Counted from the first letter of the stretch, positions 51,074-62,800 are shown. The stretch: DNA of 64,000 bases from a bacterium (GCA_016125385.1 WGLV01000050.1:58454-122453), one strand, 5' to 3'. The notes: generated by a model from the letters alone, not told the origin. Made by a program: numbers and translations.

Positions 51074-52336
51074 TCACGTATCTGGATGAATCCCGGCGCG
51101 GCAGGGGATATACAGCGAGCCGCGCAGTCCATATCCCTTCGCGCCGGGTTTTACCATGAACGGACACATTTCGAGACGAAGATCAAGCCCTTCATAAAAA
51201 TTAAAATTCGACCCCGGTCCTTCTTCTCGTTGGGTAAAGCCTACGTTCAGACTATACGCTCCCGCCAACAGGTTCAGAGAGTCGAAAGTGAAGACCGTTT
51301 TACCTTCCCCCTGAATGGAAGAGACGTCTCCCACAGTGACATCGGTGGCGACGGTGGCGAGTTCACGGCCTTCATCGTCCATGATAGCGACGCCAAAGAT
51401 GGGATATGCAATCGGGGTTGGGCATTTCCACGTCAGTTCAATGGTCACCGTTTCGCCGGTTTCAAAGACATAGCGCTCGCCATCGGCGGCGCTCATACGA
51501 ACATCGGTCACATGCGCGTCGAAGCGCCCGAAACGGTTACGCCGCATGATCTCGGCGGAGGGCGATTCGCCGCGCTTTCGCGCCTGTTCGAACTGATGTT
51601 GTTTGTACAACGTAACCATTTCATACGGGCGGCCGTCACCCAGCAGAACGCCCTGATTCAGCACCAGCGCGCGATCGCACAATGACACAATCGCGTCCAG
51701 ATCGTGTGAGACGACGAAAATGGTTTTGCCCGAATTGCGTAACTGGCGCACGTGGTCTTTGCATTTACGCTGAAAACTCTGATCGCCCACCGCGAGAATC
51801 TCATCGATCAGCAGTACGTCAGGGTTCACGAACACGCCGATCGCGAATCCCAGACGCAGATACATGCCCGACGAATAATGCTTGACCGGCGAATCGATGA
51901 ATTCATGCAGTTCGCTGAACGCGATAATGTCGTCTATGCGTTCGGTCAAAACATTTCGGGGGATGCCAAGCAGAGAGCCCGAAAGATACACGTTTTCACG
52001 GCCCGTCATGTCGGGGTGAAAGCCAACGCCTACTTCAAGCAGGCTGGAGACGGTTCCTCGCACGTCTACTTCGCCTGTACTGGGCGTCGTGATGCCGGCG
52101 ATGAGCTTGAGCAGCGTGCTCTTTCCGGAACCGTTATCGCCGATCAGTCCGACGATCTCGCCGGGGTGCACGTCAAACGAAACGCCGCGCAACGCATGAA
52201 TAACGCGCTCGGAACGCTGAACGCGCCCGGCGCGTAGAACGGTCTCCTTGAAAGTCGATTGACGTTCAGCGGAAAGGATATACTGTTTGCCGGCGTCGCG
52301 GCACGACACCACGGCTTCGGCGTTGGCGACGCTCAT
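51074..52336 (-). CDS. wzt: Polysaccharide ABC exporter ATP-binding subunit with C-terminal Wzt domain
   Basis: GDNGSGKST, GFHPDMTGRENV, VKHYSSGM, IDEILAVGDQSFQRKC; ATGA overlap with the argH stop. Confidence 0.88.
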   Translation of the reverse strand: MSVANAEAVVSCRDAGKQYILSAERQSTFKETVLRAGRVQRSERVIHALRGVSFDVHPGEIVGLIGDNGSGKSTLLKLIAGITTPSTGEVDVRGTVSSLLEVGVGFHPDMTGRENVYLSGSLLGIPRNVLTERIDDIIAFSELHEFIDSPVKHYSSGMYLRLGFAIGVFVNPDVLLIDEILAVGDQSFQRKCKDHVRQLRNSGKTIFVVSHDLDAIVSLCDRALVLNQGVLLGDGRPYEMVTLYKQHQFEQARKRGESPSAEIMRRNRFGRFDAHVTDVRMSAADGERYVFETGETVTIELTWKCPTPIAYPIFGVAIMDDEGRELATVATDVTVGDVSSIQGEGKTVFTFDSLNLLAGAYSLNVGFTQREEGPGSNFNFYEGLDLRLEMCPFMVKPGAKGYGLRGSLYIPCRAGIHPDT

Positions 52337-53820
52337 TTCATCCACTCGCCACTAAGACAATAACGCCGCGCGGTATCGAGCCGTTTGCGTTCGGCGCCGA
52401 GCCAGGCGCGATTCGTCTTCAGTTGGCGCGACATTTTTTTCGCGTGGCTTTTAACCCGCTTGGGATGCGGCGCGCCCGCGTGATCGCGTTGCATAACGCA
52501 TCGCACCGGATCGGCGAGCGCCTTGAATTCGGATTCGCTCAACGGCTTCAGCCCCGCCTCGCTCAACACCGCGTTCAAGCCATCCATAGTGAAGCGGTCG
52601 CCCGATTCTCGGCCGACCGCTTCCGACATCAGTTTATAGGTTTTGCGAAATGGAATCGCACGGGTTTGGGCCAGCGCGTCGGCGACGTCGACGGCGTTGA
52701 GAAAGCCACGTTCCGCCGCCTCGCGCATCCGGTCTTCACGAACCGTCAGCCCTGATACGACTTCCGCGAGAATCGCGGCGGCGCCGCTCGCCTCGCGCAC
52801 CGCGTCCATGAACAGGTATTTCGTCCACTGAGCGTCTTTGTTATACCCGAAAAAATTGGATAGATTGGTGGAAAGCAGCGATACGCCGTATCCGGTCACG
52901 GCGCTCGCCTTGGCCTTGATCGCTTCAGCGAAATCGGGGTTGCGTTTCTGCGGCATGATCGAACTGCCGGTGGTGAAGCTGGAGGGCAGCCCCAAAAAAC
53001 CAAACTCGTCCGTGGAAAAGAGAATTAGCCCCTGCGACATCGCCGAGAGCCGTTTGAATGACAGAGCCATCGCCTGCACGATCTCGGTTTCCGCCTCGCC
53101 GCGCGAATCGACCGCGTCGAGGGTGTTTTCACGCGGGGCGTCAAAGCCCAGCAGGCGCGCGGTCAGCGCGCGATCGAGCGGCCAGGTGGTTCCATACGAC
53201 GCGGCGGCGCCAAGCGGACATTGATTGACGCGGGCGTACAACGCGCGATAACGTTCCACGTCGCGCAACACGCCCTGCGCATAGGCCGCGCACCAGTGCC
53301 CCCATGTGGTGATGGTCGCCTTGCGATGATGAGTGTATCCCGGCATGACGGCGCCGGCGTATGTCTGGGCGGAATGGATCAGGGCGGCGGCCAGAGCGGT
53401 CAGTTCAGTGCATAACATGAGAATGACTTCACGGGCGTATTGCGCCATGTCGGCCGCGACCTGATCGTTGCGGCTGCGGCCGCTGTGCAGACGCCCGCCG
53501 ATTTCTTCACCGCATTGTTCTGTCAGCCACGATTCGATGTTGATGTGAACGTCTTCCAGAGCGGGGTCGAGTTTCCACGCGCCCGCGCGCCATTGAGATT
53601 CCAGCTCGCGCAGCGCTTTGAGAAGGCGCTTGATCTGCGCGTTGGTGTATACGCCGATACGCAACAGCCCGGCGGCGTGCGCGGCGTTAGTCCATACATC
53701 ACAGGGGACGAGATCGTGATCGGCTTCACGAACGGCGACCACGTCGCGCCCGGCTGAAAACGCCACGAAGGCTTCACGCGCGGCGCCTTTGGAATCGCTA
53801 TGCCAGATTGGTTTCGCCAT
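52333..53820 (-). CDS. argH: Argininosuccinate lyase
   Basis: EDVH, LHSGRSRNDQV, MPGYTH, TGSSIMPQKRNPD, YNKD. Confidence 0.93.
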   Translation of the reverse strand: MAKPIWHSDSKGAAREAFVAFSAGRDVVAVREADHDLVPCDVWTNAAHAAGLLRIGVYTNAQIKRLLKALRELESQWRAGAWKLDPALEDVHINIESWLTEQCGEEIGGRLHSGRSRNDQVAADMAQYAREVILMLCTELTALAAALIHSAQTYAGAVMPGYTHHRKATITTWGHWCAAYAQGVLRDVERYRALYARVNQCPLGAAASYGTTWPLDRALTARLLGFDAPRENTLDAVDSRGEAETEIVQAMALSFKRLSAMSQGLILFSTDEFGFLGLPSSFTTGSSIMPQKRNPDFAEAIKAKASAVTGYGVSLLSTNLSNFFGYNKDAQWTKYLFMDAVREASGAAAILAEVVSGLTVREDRMREAAERGFLNAVDVADALAQTRAIPFRKTYKLMSEAVGRESGDRFTMDGLNAVLSEAGLKPLSESEFKALADPVRCVMQRDHAGAPHPKRVKSHAKKMSRQLKTNRAWLGAERKRLDTARRYCLSGEWMK

Positions 53821-53891
53821 CGGTTATATTCCCGTGCAGTCGTTTGATTTCAGTATAGAAGCATACGCGCCTGACGCGGAGAAGCGAGGCG

Positions 53892-54980
53892 TCACCACAA
53901 ACGCATCTGAACAATACGCTCTGGCAGTTCTTCATCCAGATCGCGCGGTTCGTCAAAGCCCGCGGTGCGCACGCCCAGCAGACGGATCTTATCGCCATGC
54001 AACGGCACCCGTTCCAGGAGCGATTTCGTCACGTTCGCGATGCGTTCCGCGTCATCGGTGGCTTCTTCAATCGTCGTGGCGCGAGTCACGATATGAAAAT
54101 CCTCAAAGCGGATTTTGATGCCGATGGTATGCGCCTTCAGCTGTTTCCGGTTCAATCGCCGCGCCACCATCTCGGCCAGATCGCCCAGAATCACCTTCAT
54201 CGCTTCGAGATCGGACATATCCGTCGAAAAAGTTCGTTCCTGCGAAACCGATTTAGGCGCGCGAGCCGACACGACGGGCGCATCGTCTTCGCCGAACGCC
54301 AGTTGCCGCAGACGCGATCCATACTTGCGGCCAAGGAACTCCTGAAGTTCCTCCACAGAGCGTTCGCGCAGGTCGGAAACGGTGAACACCTTCATAATCT
54401 TGAGACGCTGTTCGGTTTTGGGCCCCACGCCGGGTATCACCCGCACCGCCAGCGGCGCCAGAAAATTGATCGCTTCTTCAGGCCGGATGATAAAAAGCCC
54501 ATCCGGCTTTTTGAAATCAGAAGCGATTTTCGCGAGAAACTTGTTCGGCCCAATCCCAACCGACGCGGTCAGATGAGTTTCATCGAGGATATCTTTTTTC
54601 AGACGGCGGCTCATCGAAAGCGCATGATCGAAGTCGCACACCTGCGACGAAACATCAAGATAGGCCTCATCCAGCGATACCGGTTCAATCAGATCGGTGA
54701 TTTCATGAAAAATGGCGTGAATCAGTTGTGACGCTTCGCGGTATGCCTGAAAACGCGGAGGGCGCAGAATCGCCTGTGGACAAAGGCGCAACGCCTGAGA
54801 CGTGGACATGGCCGAGCGGCATCCAAATTTGCGCGCTTCGTATGAAGCCGCACACACGACGCCCCGATCGGACGGGCTTCCGCCGACGATCACCGCTTTT
54901 CCCAGCAGTTCAGGGAAATCGCGTTGTTCGACGGATGCGAAAAACGCATCCATGTCCACATGTAGAATAATGCGAGAAAT
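53892..54980 (-). CDS. dinB: DNA polymerase IV (probable ATT start at 54980)
   Basis: ILHVDMDAFFASVEQRD, ASYEARKFG, SLDEAYLD, NKFLAKIASD, RLLGV; GAGGTG RBS 7 nt before the ATT. Confidence 0.95.
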   Translation of the reverse strand: MSRIILHVDMDAFFASVEQRDFPELLGKAVIVGGSPSDRGVVCAASYEARKFGCRSAMSTSQALRLCPQAILRPPRFQAYREASQLIHAIFHEITDLIEPVSLDEAYLDVSSQVCDFDHALSMSRRLKKDILDETHLTASVGIGPNKFLAKIASDFKKPDGLFIIRPEEAINFLAPLAVRVIPGVGPKTEQRLKIMKVFTVSDLRERSVEELQEFLGRKYGSRLRQLAFGEDDAPVVSARAPKSVSQERTFSTDMSDLEAMKVILGDLAEMVARRLNRKQLKAHTIGIKIRFEDFHIVTRATTIEEATDDAERIANVTKSLLERVPLHGDKIRLLGVRTAGFDEPRDLDEELPERIVQMRLW

Positions 54981-55117
54981 GGCGTTTCACCTCAACCCGA
55001 ATCGGGTTCACGCCCCGGACGATCGCCCGGGAATTGATTCCAACTTCCATTATTCACACGCGCATACACCCGTTTTTTTTTAGCGGGTCATACTACGCCC
55101 GGAATATGATCTTCGCG

Positions 55118-55639
55118 TCATTCCGCATCGTACGTCACGATGGTATGAACCGGGTTCGGCTGCAATGCGCCGCGTCCATTCAAAAACGTCAACTCAACTA
55201 CGCACGACACGCCTTCGACTTTGCACTCGCAGCGCTTCATCAGTTCCAGCGCGGCGCCCAGCGTTCCGCCTGTAGCGAGCAGGTCGTCAATCACAACGAC
55301 GGTTTCACCCGGCTGGAGCGAATCTTTATGAACCTCAATCGTGGCCTGCCCGTATTCGAGATCGTACGACTGCGAATACGTTTCCCACGGCAGTTTGTTA
55401 GGCTTTCTCAACACGACCAGCCCCGCATTCAGTTTCAGGGCCAACGGCGCGCCGAATAGAAAACCTCGCGATTCGATCGAGACGATTTTGTCAATCTTAC
55501 GCCCTTCATACGGTTTCGCCAACTCGTCAATCGTCCAGGCGAAAGCGCCGGGATTTAACAGCAGGGGGGTAATGTCAATAAAATTAATACCCGGTTTGGG
55601 AAAATCAGGCACGGTGCGAAAAATCGATTTCAAATCCAC
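55118..55639 (-). CDS. apt: Adenine phosphoribosyltransferase
   Basis: PDFPKPGINFIDI, IESRGF, RKPNKLP, LEYG, IDDLLATGGT; GTG start after AAGGAG. Confidence 0.96.
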   Translation of the reverse strand: MDLKSIFRTVPDFPKPGINFIDITPLLLNPGAFAWTIDELAKPYEGRKIDKIVSIESRGFLFGAPLALKLNAGLVVLRKPNKLPWETYSQSYDLEYGQATIEVHKDSLQPGETVVVIDDLLATGGTLGAALELMKRCECKVEGVSCVVELTFLNGRGALQPNPVHTIVTYDAE

Positions 55640-55685
55640 AAGGTTCTCCTTTTGGCCGCCGTGACCACAATCACGAGGCGGGCGT

Positions 55686-56543
55686 TCATAAAAAATCAGC
55701 GGGTTGTTCTCCGCTCTGTTCCAGCATTTCACGAATGGCCTGCATGGCCTCGTTTTGCAATTGGCGAACTCGCTCTCGCGTGAGATCAAGCCGATCGGCG
55801 ATCTCGTTCACGCCCAACGGTTCCTCTCCATCCAGGCCAAATCGACGTATCAGAATGAATCGCTGCCGGTCGTTGAGCCGGTCGAGATACGTCATGACTC
55901 GCTCATCGCGCGAGAGCAGCGAGACTTCATGATCGGGCCGGGGCGAAATGGAGTCTTCGAGACGGATGTTATGGTCTTCACTCTCATCCGCGCCCGAAAG
56001 CGGCTCGATCATGTTGGGCGAAAAGATCAGATCGACCAGGTCCTGCGCCTGTGACGAAGTCATTTCTGCTTCCAGCGCTTCCTGCATCTCCCACGGCGCC
56101 GGATCGCCGCCCTTCTCCTGGGCGAGCGATTTATAGATCTGTTTAGCGCGGTATAGCATCTCGCGCTTGTGAGACGGCAGCCTGACGATGCTGCCCTGAT
56201 TGGACACCGACCGGTTGATGAACTGGCGGATCCACCAGGTCGCATAGGTGCTGAACCGGCAGTTTCTGCTCAGATCAAATTTTTCGACGGCGCGAATCAG
56301 CCCGAGATTCCCTTCCTCGATCAGGTCCATCAACCCGAGGCCCTGATTCTGATATCGTTTGGCGATGTTCACCACCAGACGCAGATTGCTCAGAATCAGG
56401 CGGCCGCGCGCGTCGGCGTCACCGCGCTTGGTTTTCGTAATCAGGTCGACTTCTTCATCCGCTGAAAGCAGGGGATATTTGCCCAGATCGCGCAGATAGA
56501 GACCGACAAGATGGCTATCCCCATGATCTTCGACGAATGGCAT
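55686..56543 (-). CDS. Sigma-70 family factor, RpoS-like (no region 1.1)
   Basis: [60 protein letters not shown]. Confidence 0.93.
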   Translation of the reverse strand: MPFVEDHGDSHLVGLYLRDLGKYPLLSADEEVDLITKTKRGDADARGRLILSNLRLVVNIAKRYQNQGLGLMDLIEEGNLGLIRAVEKFDLSRNCRFSTYATWWIRQFINRSVSNQGSIVRLPSHKREMLYRAKQIYKSLAQEKGGDPAPWEMQEALEAEMTSSQAQDLVDLIFSPNMIEPLSGADESEDHNIRLEDSISPRPDHEVSLLSRDERVMTYLDRLNDRQRFILIRRFGLDGEEPLGVNEIADRLDLTRERVRQLQNEAMQAIREMLEQSGEQPADFL

Positions 56544-56711
56544 CGGCTCGGGTCCGCGAATGATTCAGAATCGGGTAATCCGTCTTCAGATTTTTATCCG
56601 GATAACGAAATTGTCATTCACCATTGCAGCGCATTTTCGCCTTGCGAGTCGATTCAATGTAGACAACCTGTCAGCGAGCACCGCAACGCCTATTGTATTA
56701 CAATGATTGAA

Positions 56712-56740
56712 ACTCTAGGATGACCCCCATACGATGTCAA
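56712..56740 (-). promoter_or_regulatory. Sigma-70 promoter for the sigma-apt-dinB-argH-wzt run
   Basis: TTGACA-17 nt-TAGAGT on the minus strand. Confidence 0.55.
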
Positions 56741-56845
56741 GCAGGTTTTGCAGCAGAGATGAAAGAGGCTCTCCGCTTGCTTGACGCGCCGGAACCATGC
56801 CGGTAATTTGACCGGGAATCAATACCCTCACGAACGGTTCACACG

Positions 56846-58258
56846 GTGAATTCACAATCCGCGATTCATGTCTTAAAAGATTTCAGCCGCAAACCGGAGG
56901 CGCTGGCAAGCGGCGCCGTGGCCATTCTGATTATCGGGCTGGTGTGGCTGTTTCCATCCGAATGGATGCTGCTTGGCGTATTGGGTGCGTTCGTCACCGC
57001 CGTAGCAATTTATTACGGTTACGAATATTTCCCATTGGCGTTGTTTTTGACCATTCCCTTCTCCATTGAGTTTCAGATCGCGGACGCCACGCGCATCACC
57101 CTGCCGACGGAAGCGCTGATCCCGTTTCTCACCCTGCTTTGGATCGGCGAGATCATCAAAAATGGCAAAATCCGTTACCGTCCCAGTATGATGAACTGGG
57201 GCGTATTTATGCTGTATTCCATAATGATCGGCTCCCTATTTTACACCTATGAGCCAGTCGCCACGATCAAAGCCTGTATTCGTGACACCGGTTACATTCT
57301 GGCTGGTTACTATCTGATCCCCCGTTTCATTACATCGAGAAACAGGTTAGCCACGCTGCTGTTCATGGGCGGCGCCGCACAAATATTGCTGGTGGTTTAC
57401 GGATTGGGCACGCAGGCCGTCTGGGGCGTTAAAATCTACGGCGATCTCGCGTATCCATTTTTTATTGAACACTGTATATACGCCGCGTATATCGTTATCG
57501 CCTTCGCTTTTTTCATGGCGTATATGCTTGAGCAGCCGCCTGGACCAGTTCGCAATATGCTGGGAGCGCTCACCGCGTTGATCGGCATGGCGATACTACT
57601 CACGTTCGTTCGCGCGGCGTGGATCAGCGTCTTTTTTCTTCTGTTGTTCTATCTGATCCAGTTCCGGCACAAAAAATCTTCCGTCGATCTGATACTGCTG
57701 CTGATTTATCTGGCGCTCATCGGATTCGTCGTTCTTGTCGGTACGGGGTTGGGCGAGATCCTGCTAATGCGGATAGAAACCATTTCCGACTTTCAATACG
57801 TCGCCAATTACGAGCGTATTGGACGATGGGTCACGGCGTGGAAGATTTGGACGATTCACCCCTGGTTTGGAACCGGCTGGGGATCGTATCCCGATCAATA
57901 TTTCGATTACGTCAGTCCTGAATATATGAACGTGTGGTCGGCGGGAATCCGCATGGGGGCTCACAACCTGTATCTTGAACTGCTCGCGGAAACCGGAGTT
58001 TGCGGGTTATTCGTCTATCTGATCGCCATGTACATATTTTTCCGGGAAGCGCTGCTGTTGCAGAGCCAGACCCGCGATCCCCTGATCCGGACTTTTCTCG
58101 TCGCGCTGCAGGGCGCGATGCTCACCTATTTGATTCACGCGTTTCTCAACAACCTTGGGCCTTCAGACAAGATCGGCGTCACGTTCTGGTGTTTGATGGG
58201 GATGCTGCCCGCCTGCCGTCACATCATCACCCGTGAACGCATGGCGGCGGCGCAATAA
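56846..58258 (+). CDS. O-antigen ligase/Wzy_C family membrane protein
   Basis: Multi-TM; TFVRAAW; ER...W; HPWFGTGWG; AHNLYLELLAETG. Confidence 0.9.
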   Translation: MNSQSAIHVLKDFSRKPEALASGAVAILIIGLVWLFPSEWMLLGVLGAFVTAVAIYYGYEYFPLALFLTIPFSIEFQIADATRITLPTEALIPFLTLLWIGEIIKNGKIRYRPSMMNWGVFMLYSIMIGSLFYTYEPVATIKACIRDTGYILAGYYLIPRFITSRNRLATLLFMGGAAQILLVVYGLGTQAVWGVKIYGDLAYPFFIEHCIYAAYIVIAFAFFMAYMLEQPPGPVRNMLGALTALIGMAILLTFVRAAWISVFFLLLFYLIQFRHKKSSVDLILLLIYLALIGFVVLVGTGLGEILLMRIETISDFQYVANYERIGRWVTAWKIWTIHPWFGTGWGSYPDQYFDYVSPEYMNVWSAGIRMGAHNLYLELLAETGVCGLFVYLIAMYIFFREALLLQSQTRDPLIRTFLVALQGAMLTYLIHAFLNNLGPSDKIGVTFWCLMGMLPACRHIITRERMAAAQ

Positions 58259-58353
58259 TCGCCCATCGGGATTTATTTGAAATCAATTCGGGATACTGTA
58301 TTCAAAATCCTTCCGCTTGAACCCCCTTGCTTTCCTCAGGTAGGATAGTTCAG

Positions 58354-58427
58354 GCGCCTGTAGCTCAGCAGGATAGAGCAACGGATTCCTAATCCGTGGG
58401 TCGCGCGTTCGAATCGCGCCAGGCGCA
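58354..58427 (+). tRNA. tRNA-Arg (CCT)
   Basis: Acceptor stem GCGCCTG/CAGGCGC; D-arm AGCTCAGCAGGATAGAGC; anticodon arm ACGGA-TTCCTAA-TCCGT; T-loop GTTCGAA. Confidence 0.95.
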
Positions 58428-58462
58428 TTTTATTACCATCCTTTACGATCGGGGATCAAATT

Positions 58463-59761
58463 ATGAGTGACCTGAAACGAAGAAGTTTTTTGCAAAGCAG
58501 CGGCGCCACGCTGGCCGCCGGAGCGCTGATCGGAACGTCGAAAGCCTGGGCGGGCGCCAACGATACGATCCGCGTGGGGTGCATCGGTCTGCACGGACGC
58601 GGACAGACGCACATCAAAGAACATCAGGAGAAAGAGAACGTCGAAGTCGTCGCGCTCTGTGACGTAGACAACAACGTACTGACGGAACGCGCCAGCCAGT
58701 TTGAAGAGAAATATGACAAAAAACCAAAGACGTTCAATGACATGCGCGAAGTCTTCGATCAGCAGGATATCGACGCGGTGAGCGTCGCCACGCCGAACCA
58801 CTGGCACGCGCTGGCCACCATCTGGGCCTGTCAGGCGGGCAAAGACGTGTACGTGGAGAAACCCGGCTGCCATAACATTTATGAAGGCCGCAAGATGATT
58901 GAGGCGGCGTACAAATATCGCCGCATCGTTCAACACGGGGTGCAGCTGCGCAGCTCAGCCGCCTTGCAGGAAGCGGTCAAACTGCTGCGTGAAGGCGTAA
59001 TCGGCGACGTATATCTGGCGCGCGGCCTGTGCTTCCGTACCCGCGCCTCGATCGGCCATAAACCCTCGGAATGGGCGCCGGATTATCTGAATTACAACCT
59101 CTGGCTGGGTCCAGCCCAATGGCGGCCCTATTCGCAGAACATCGTTCACTATAACTGGCACTGGCATTGGGATTTCGGTAACGGCGACGTGGGCAACCAG
59201 GGCGTGCATGAAACCGATATGTGCATGTGGGGGCTGGGAGTCGACAATACCCTGCCCGACCAGGTCACCGCGATGGGCGGCAAATTTCTGTGGGACGACG
59301 ACAAGGAAACGCCCGAACTGCTTTCGACGCTGTACAAATTCACGTCACTGAACAAGATGATCCAGTTTGAAACTCGCCCGTGGCGCACCAATGAAGAAGC
59401 GGGAGTCGGCGTCGGCAACATCTTTTACGGCAAAGACGGCTACATGGTCGTCAAAGGGTATGGAACGTTTGAAACCTACCTCGGCCCCAAAAACGAGCCC
59501 GGTCCGAAAGGCAGCGAGGGCGGCGACCACTTCGCCAACTTCCACAAAGCGGTGCGCAGCCGCAATATGTCGGACCAGAACGGACCTGTCGAAACCATCC
59601 ACTATTCATCCGCCATCGCCCACATGGGCAACATCGCGTTCCGCGTCAAAGACCGGCTCGAATTCGATCCACAGCTCGAACGCTTCGTCAATAACGATGA
59701 AGCCAATACGTTTCTCTCGCGCGACTATCGCGGCGAGTTCGTCGTACCGGAAATCGTCTGA
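58463..59761 (+). CDS. Gfo/Idh/MocA oxidoreductase, Tat-exported
   Basis: KRRSFL signal; GCIGLHGRG; ATPNHWH; GKDVYVEKP; GDVGNQGVH. Confidence 0.93.
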   Translation: MSDLKRRSFLQSSGATLAAGALIGTSKAWAGANDTIRVGCIGLHGRGQTHIKEHQEKENVEVVALCDVDNNVLTERASQFEEKYDKKPKTFNDMREVFDQQDIDAVSVATPNHWHALATIWACQAGKDVYVEKPGCHNIYEGRKMIEAAYKYRRIVQHGVQLRSSAALQEAVKLLREGVIGDVYLARGLCFRTRASIGHKPSEWAPDYLNYNLWLGPAQWRPYSQNIVHYNWHWHWDFGNGDVGNQGVHETDMCMWGLGVDNTLPDQVTAMGGKFLWDDDKETPELLSTLYKFTSLNKMIQFETRPWRTNEEAGVGVGNIFYGKDGYMVVKGYGTFETYLGPKNEPGPKGSEGGDHFANFHKAVRSRNMSDQNGPVETIHYSSAIAHMGNIAFRVKDRLEFDPQLERFVNNDEANTFLSRDYRGEFVVPEIV

Positions 59762-59787
59762 CATTGATTTAGATCGATCGCAACAAG

Positions 59788-59820
59788 AAAAACGCCCGTT
59801 CAAAAGTGAACGGGCGTTTT
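59788..59820. terminator. Bidirectional terminator
   Basis: AAAAACGCCCGTTCA-AAAG-TGAACGGGCGTTTT between convergent genes. Confidence 0.75.
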
Positions 59821-59843
59821 CAGTTTTCAACGAAGAAATTCGG

Positions 59844-62800
59844 CTAATACAGCGACCACTCCGTCACGCCGGGCTGAACCGGATGCAGGAACTGATCGGA
59901 TTGCAGCGCTTTGAGGGTCAGCCGCACTTCATCAATCGCCCCTTCCACGACGTCCGCCGTTCCCACGCCCGCGAGGCGGCGAGCGCCGACCAGCACGGGC
60001 AGGTCGCTGTCAACTCGCAACTCGTCGAAATTGGCGCCATCGCCGGCATGAATAAGCCTGACTTCCTTACGGACTCCATCAATGTAAAGACGGACGCGAT
60101 TCAAGACCCCGGCCGCGTTCAGATCAAGCACGGCGGCGTAGTGATGAAACGCTCCGTCATCAGGAACAGCGCCAGCCGCCGATGAAACATGCAGCCGCCC
60201 GGTATAATCATCGTTGCGGTCTCCATCGTTAAAGAAGAATTCCAGCGCGCCGGGCTGAGTTAGTCCAACGCCAAACCGCCAGACGCCGTCATTGGCGGCG
60301 TTCAGCTCATCATAGCGGTCCAGCAGAATGGCGGGGCCTTCAGAGTTGAGAATTTTGGCATAACACTCCATCGTCAATTCACGCCGTGCGTCAAGCGCCG
60401 GTTCCGTTCCACCGAACTGGAATCCATCTCCGTTGTGGCCGGAGAGGTCAAGAGCGGCGTTGTTCGGCGCTCCCGTCAGCGGAACCGGATTTTCGGCCCC
60501 GGGCGTCATCGCGGCGGCTGCCCCCAGCAGTTTCCCCGTGAAGAATCGGCCGGCTTCGTCGTTCAGATTGTTTTCGAAGCGGAAATACGCGATGGTCGAG
60601 CCATACGCGGGCGGAGCGGTCGGCGCGGCGGTTACGGAAACTCCGGCTGACTGTTTGCGATCCGCGGTAACGGTGCGGATCGTGAATCGATAGGTGATCC
60701 CATTGATCAATTGATTGATCCGGACGCGGTGATCGCCGCGCGGCGTCGATTCAACCAGCACGTTTTGGGAATTGTATACGTCGACGCGAATCACATCCGA
60801 TGAAGCGATGGGATCCCATTCGAGAATCGCGGCTCCGTCCAGATTGGAGACTCGGGCGTTCACCACGTCAGGCGCGGCAAGCCCCGTGTTGACGGTAAAG
60901 CGCGTCGGCGACGACCAATCCGACCAGGCGGTTCCGTTCGACAATTTCCAACGCATATTCCATTGATACGTGGAACCAGCGCCCAGCGCGGTCGCGGGGA
61001 CCTGAACCTGAGTCGAAGCGCCGCTTGAAACCGACGTCGTCCACACGGGGGATTCGAACGACTGGCCATCCAGTTGAATACGCCATTGCGCTTCGGTTAC
61101 GGAACCCTGCCCGGGAGTATTAACCTGAAGAGTCAGTGCTCGTTGCGTCACCGCCGTTCCATTCGCGGGTGATGTATTGACAGGCTGAGCGGGACGATCG
61201 GCGGGACGAATATCCGTGTTTGAGCGGATAAAATCACGCCGCGCCGAGATATACGCCTTTACCTGCGAGGCCATCTGAGAGAGTTGACCTTGCGCGTTCC
61301 ATCGCTGCTGGTTTTCAAGCAACGCATTCTGGAGATAAGACCAGTACGCATCAACGACGGGGTTCAGCGCCTCGGGCGTGAACAGAGTGTCCGTCAATTC
61401 AAGCAATCGGTCGTAATAGCGTTGGCGGTATTCTGGCACGCTGAGAAACTTTTTGCGCAGCGCGTTGATTCCATAAAATGAGCCAACATCCGAACCATCC
61501 AGTACGCTGATCTCTGAATTCAACGGGAAATTCATCCCCGTGATGGTCAACCCCCAGGTATCCTGTGCGTCGTTCGGGTAAATCGACCAGCGCCCGTCGG
61601 CGGTCCGGACCGGAAGATAGTTCTTTTCGATGCTGTCGTACTGGGTTGTTAACGCAACCGCCGCCAGATAATTGATATACTGTTCGACGTTGAAGTTACG
61701 TTCAAAAAAGGCCTTCGGGTCCGTCGCGGAGTTCATCGCTTCGATGAAATCGACCAGGGTTTGAACGTCATTTTCCTTACCGATCTCATTTTCATAGATC
61801 TTCGAATACACGGCGGGATCAGACTCAACCGCTAATGTCGCCCGGCGCGACCCGACGCCCGCGCGGTAGACCTGTGTATCATCGGGCAGGTTGTGGTTTT
61901 CAAGGAAATCTTCGTTCGGCTGTTCGATTTCCAGATATAGACCGTGATACTCGCCGTTCAACATCAACCGGACGTGCCGTGTTTCCGGCGCGGGCAAACC
62001 CACTTTGTTGAAGATGCCATAAGCGAGGTGTTCAAGAAAACCGGATTCACCGTCCAGTAACGGAGTGGTGTGGTTATTGGCGTTCAGATTGACGACGCGC
62101 TTCCCATGAAGCCGGTCACCGCGTGGGAACTGTATTTTCCAGCTCTTTTTCAGATCGCCAGAGCCCTCGCCCCGGAAGCGGACTCCGCCGCCGTTATACA
62201 AATCGATCGCCTCGCCATCGACGACGAGAATACAAGGTTGTTCATCATTGGTATCGGGATTACGGGTTAGAAACGCAAGTTTGGATTGTTCCATAAAAAG
62301 ACGAACGGTTGGGTATCCGCCATCCGACTCGGATCCATTTTTCACGTAGATCAACCGATCGCGCGTCAGGTCATCTTGAATTGGCCGTGACGCCCAGGCG
62401 CCTTTGCCGTCACGAGCGGAAATGTAATACCGCCAGATTTCATCCGGCTGGATGGTTTCCAACTCGTTTAAAACAACCGCGTATCGTCCATCGCCCGGAA
62501 CCAGATCGCCGTGCGTGCCATCGTCAAACATCGGTGCCGTCTTCCAGTCATCCAGAAACAATCCCTGCCCTGATGATACGCTCAAGCGCTGATAGTTGAG
62601 CAGGACGTCGGTGACGCCGTCTTCATCACGAACCTGAGTCGAAATAACGATCGAATCTTCATCCTCTTCGCCCGAGGTTTGCGTTCGCGCGATTCCCATC
62701 AGAGGAATCAGCGTAAAGTCAGAGCTGCCGAGATCAACGTTATGTCCCTGAACGGCGAGAACGTTTCGTCCCACGCGCAAATTTTCAATAAAGGCGGAGA

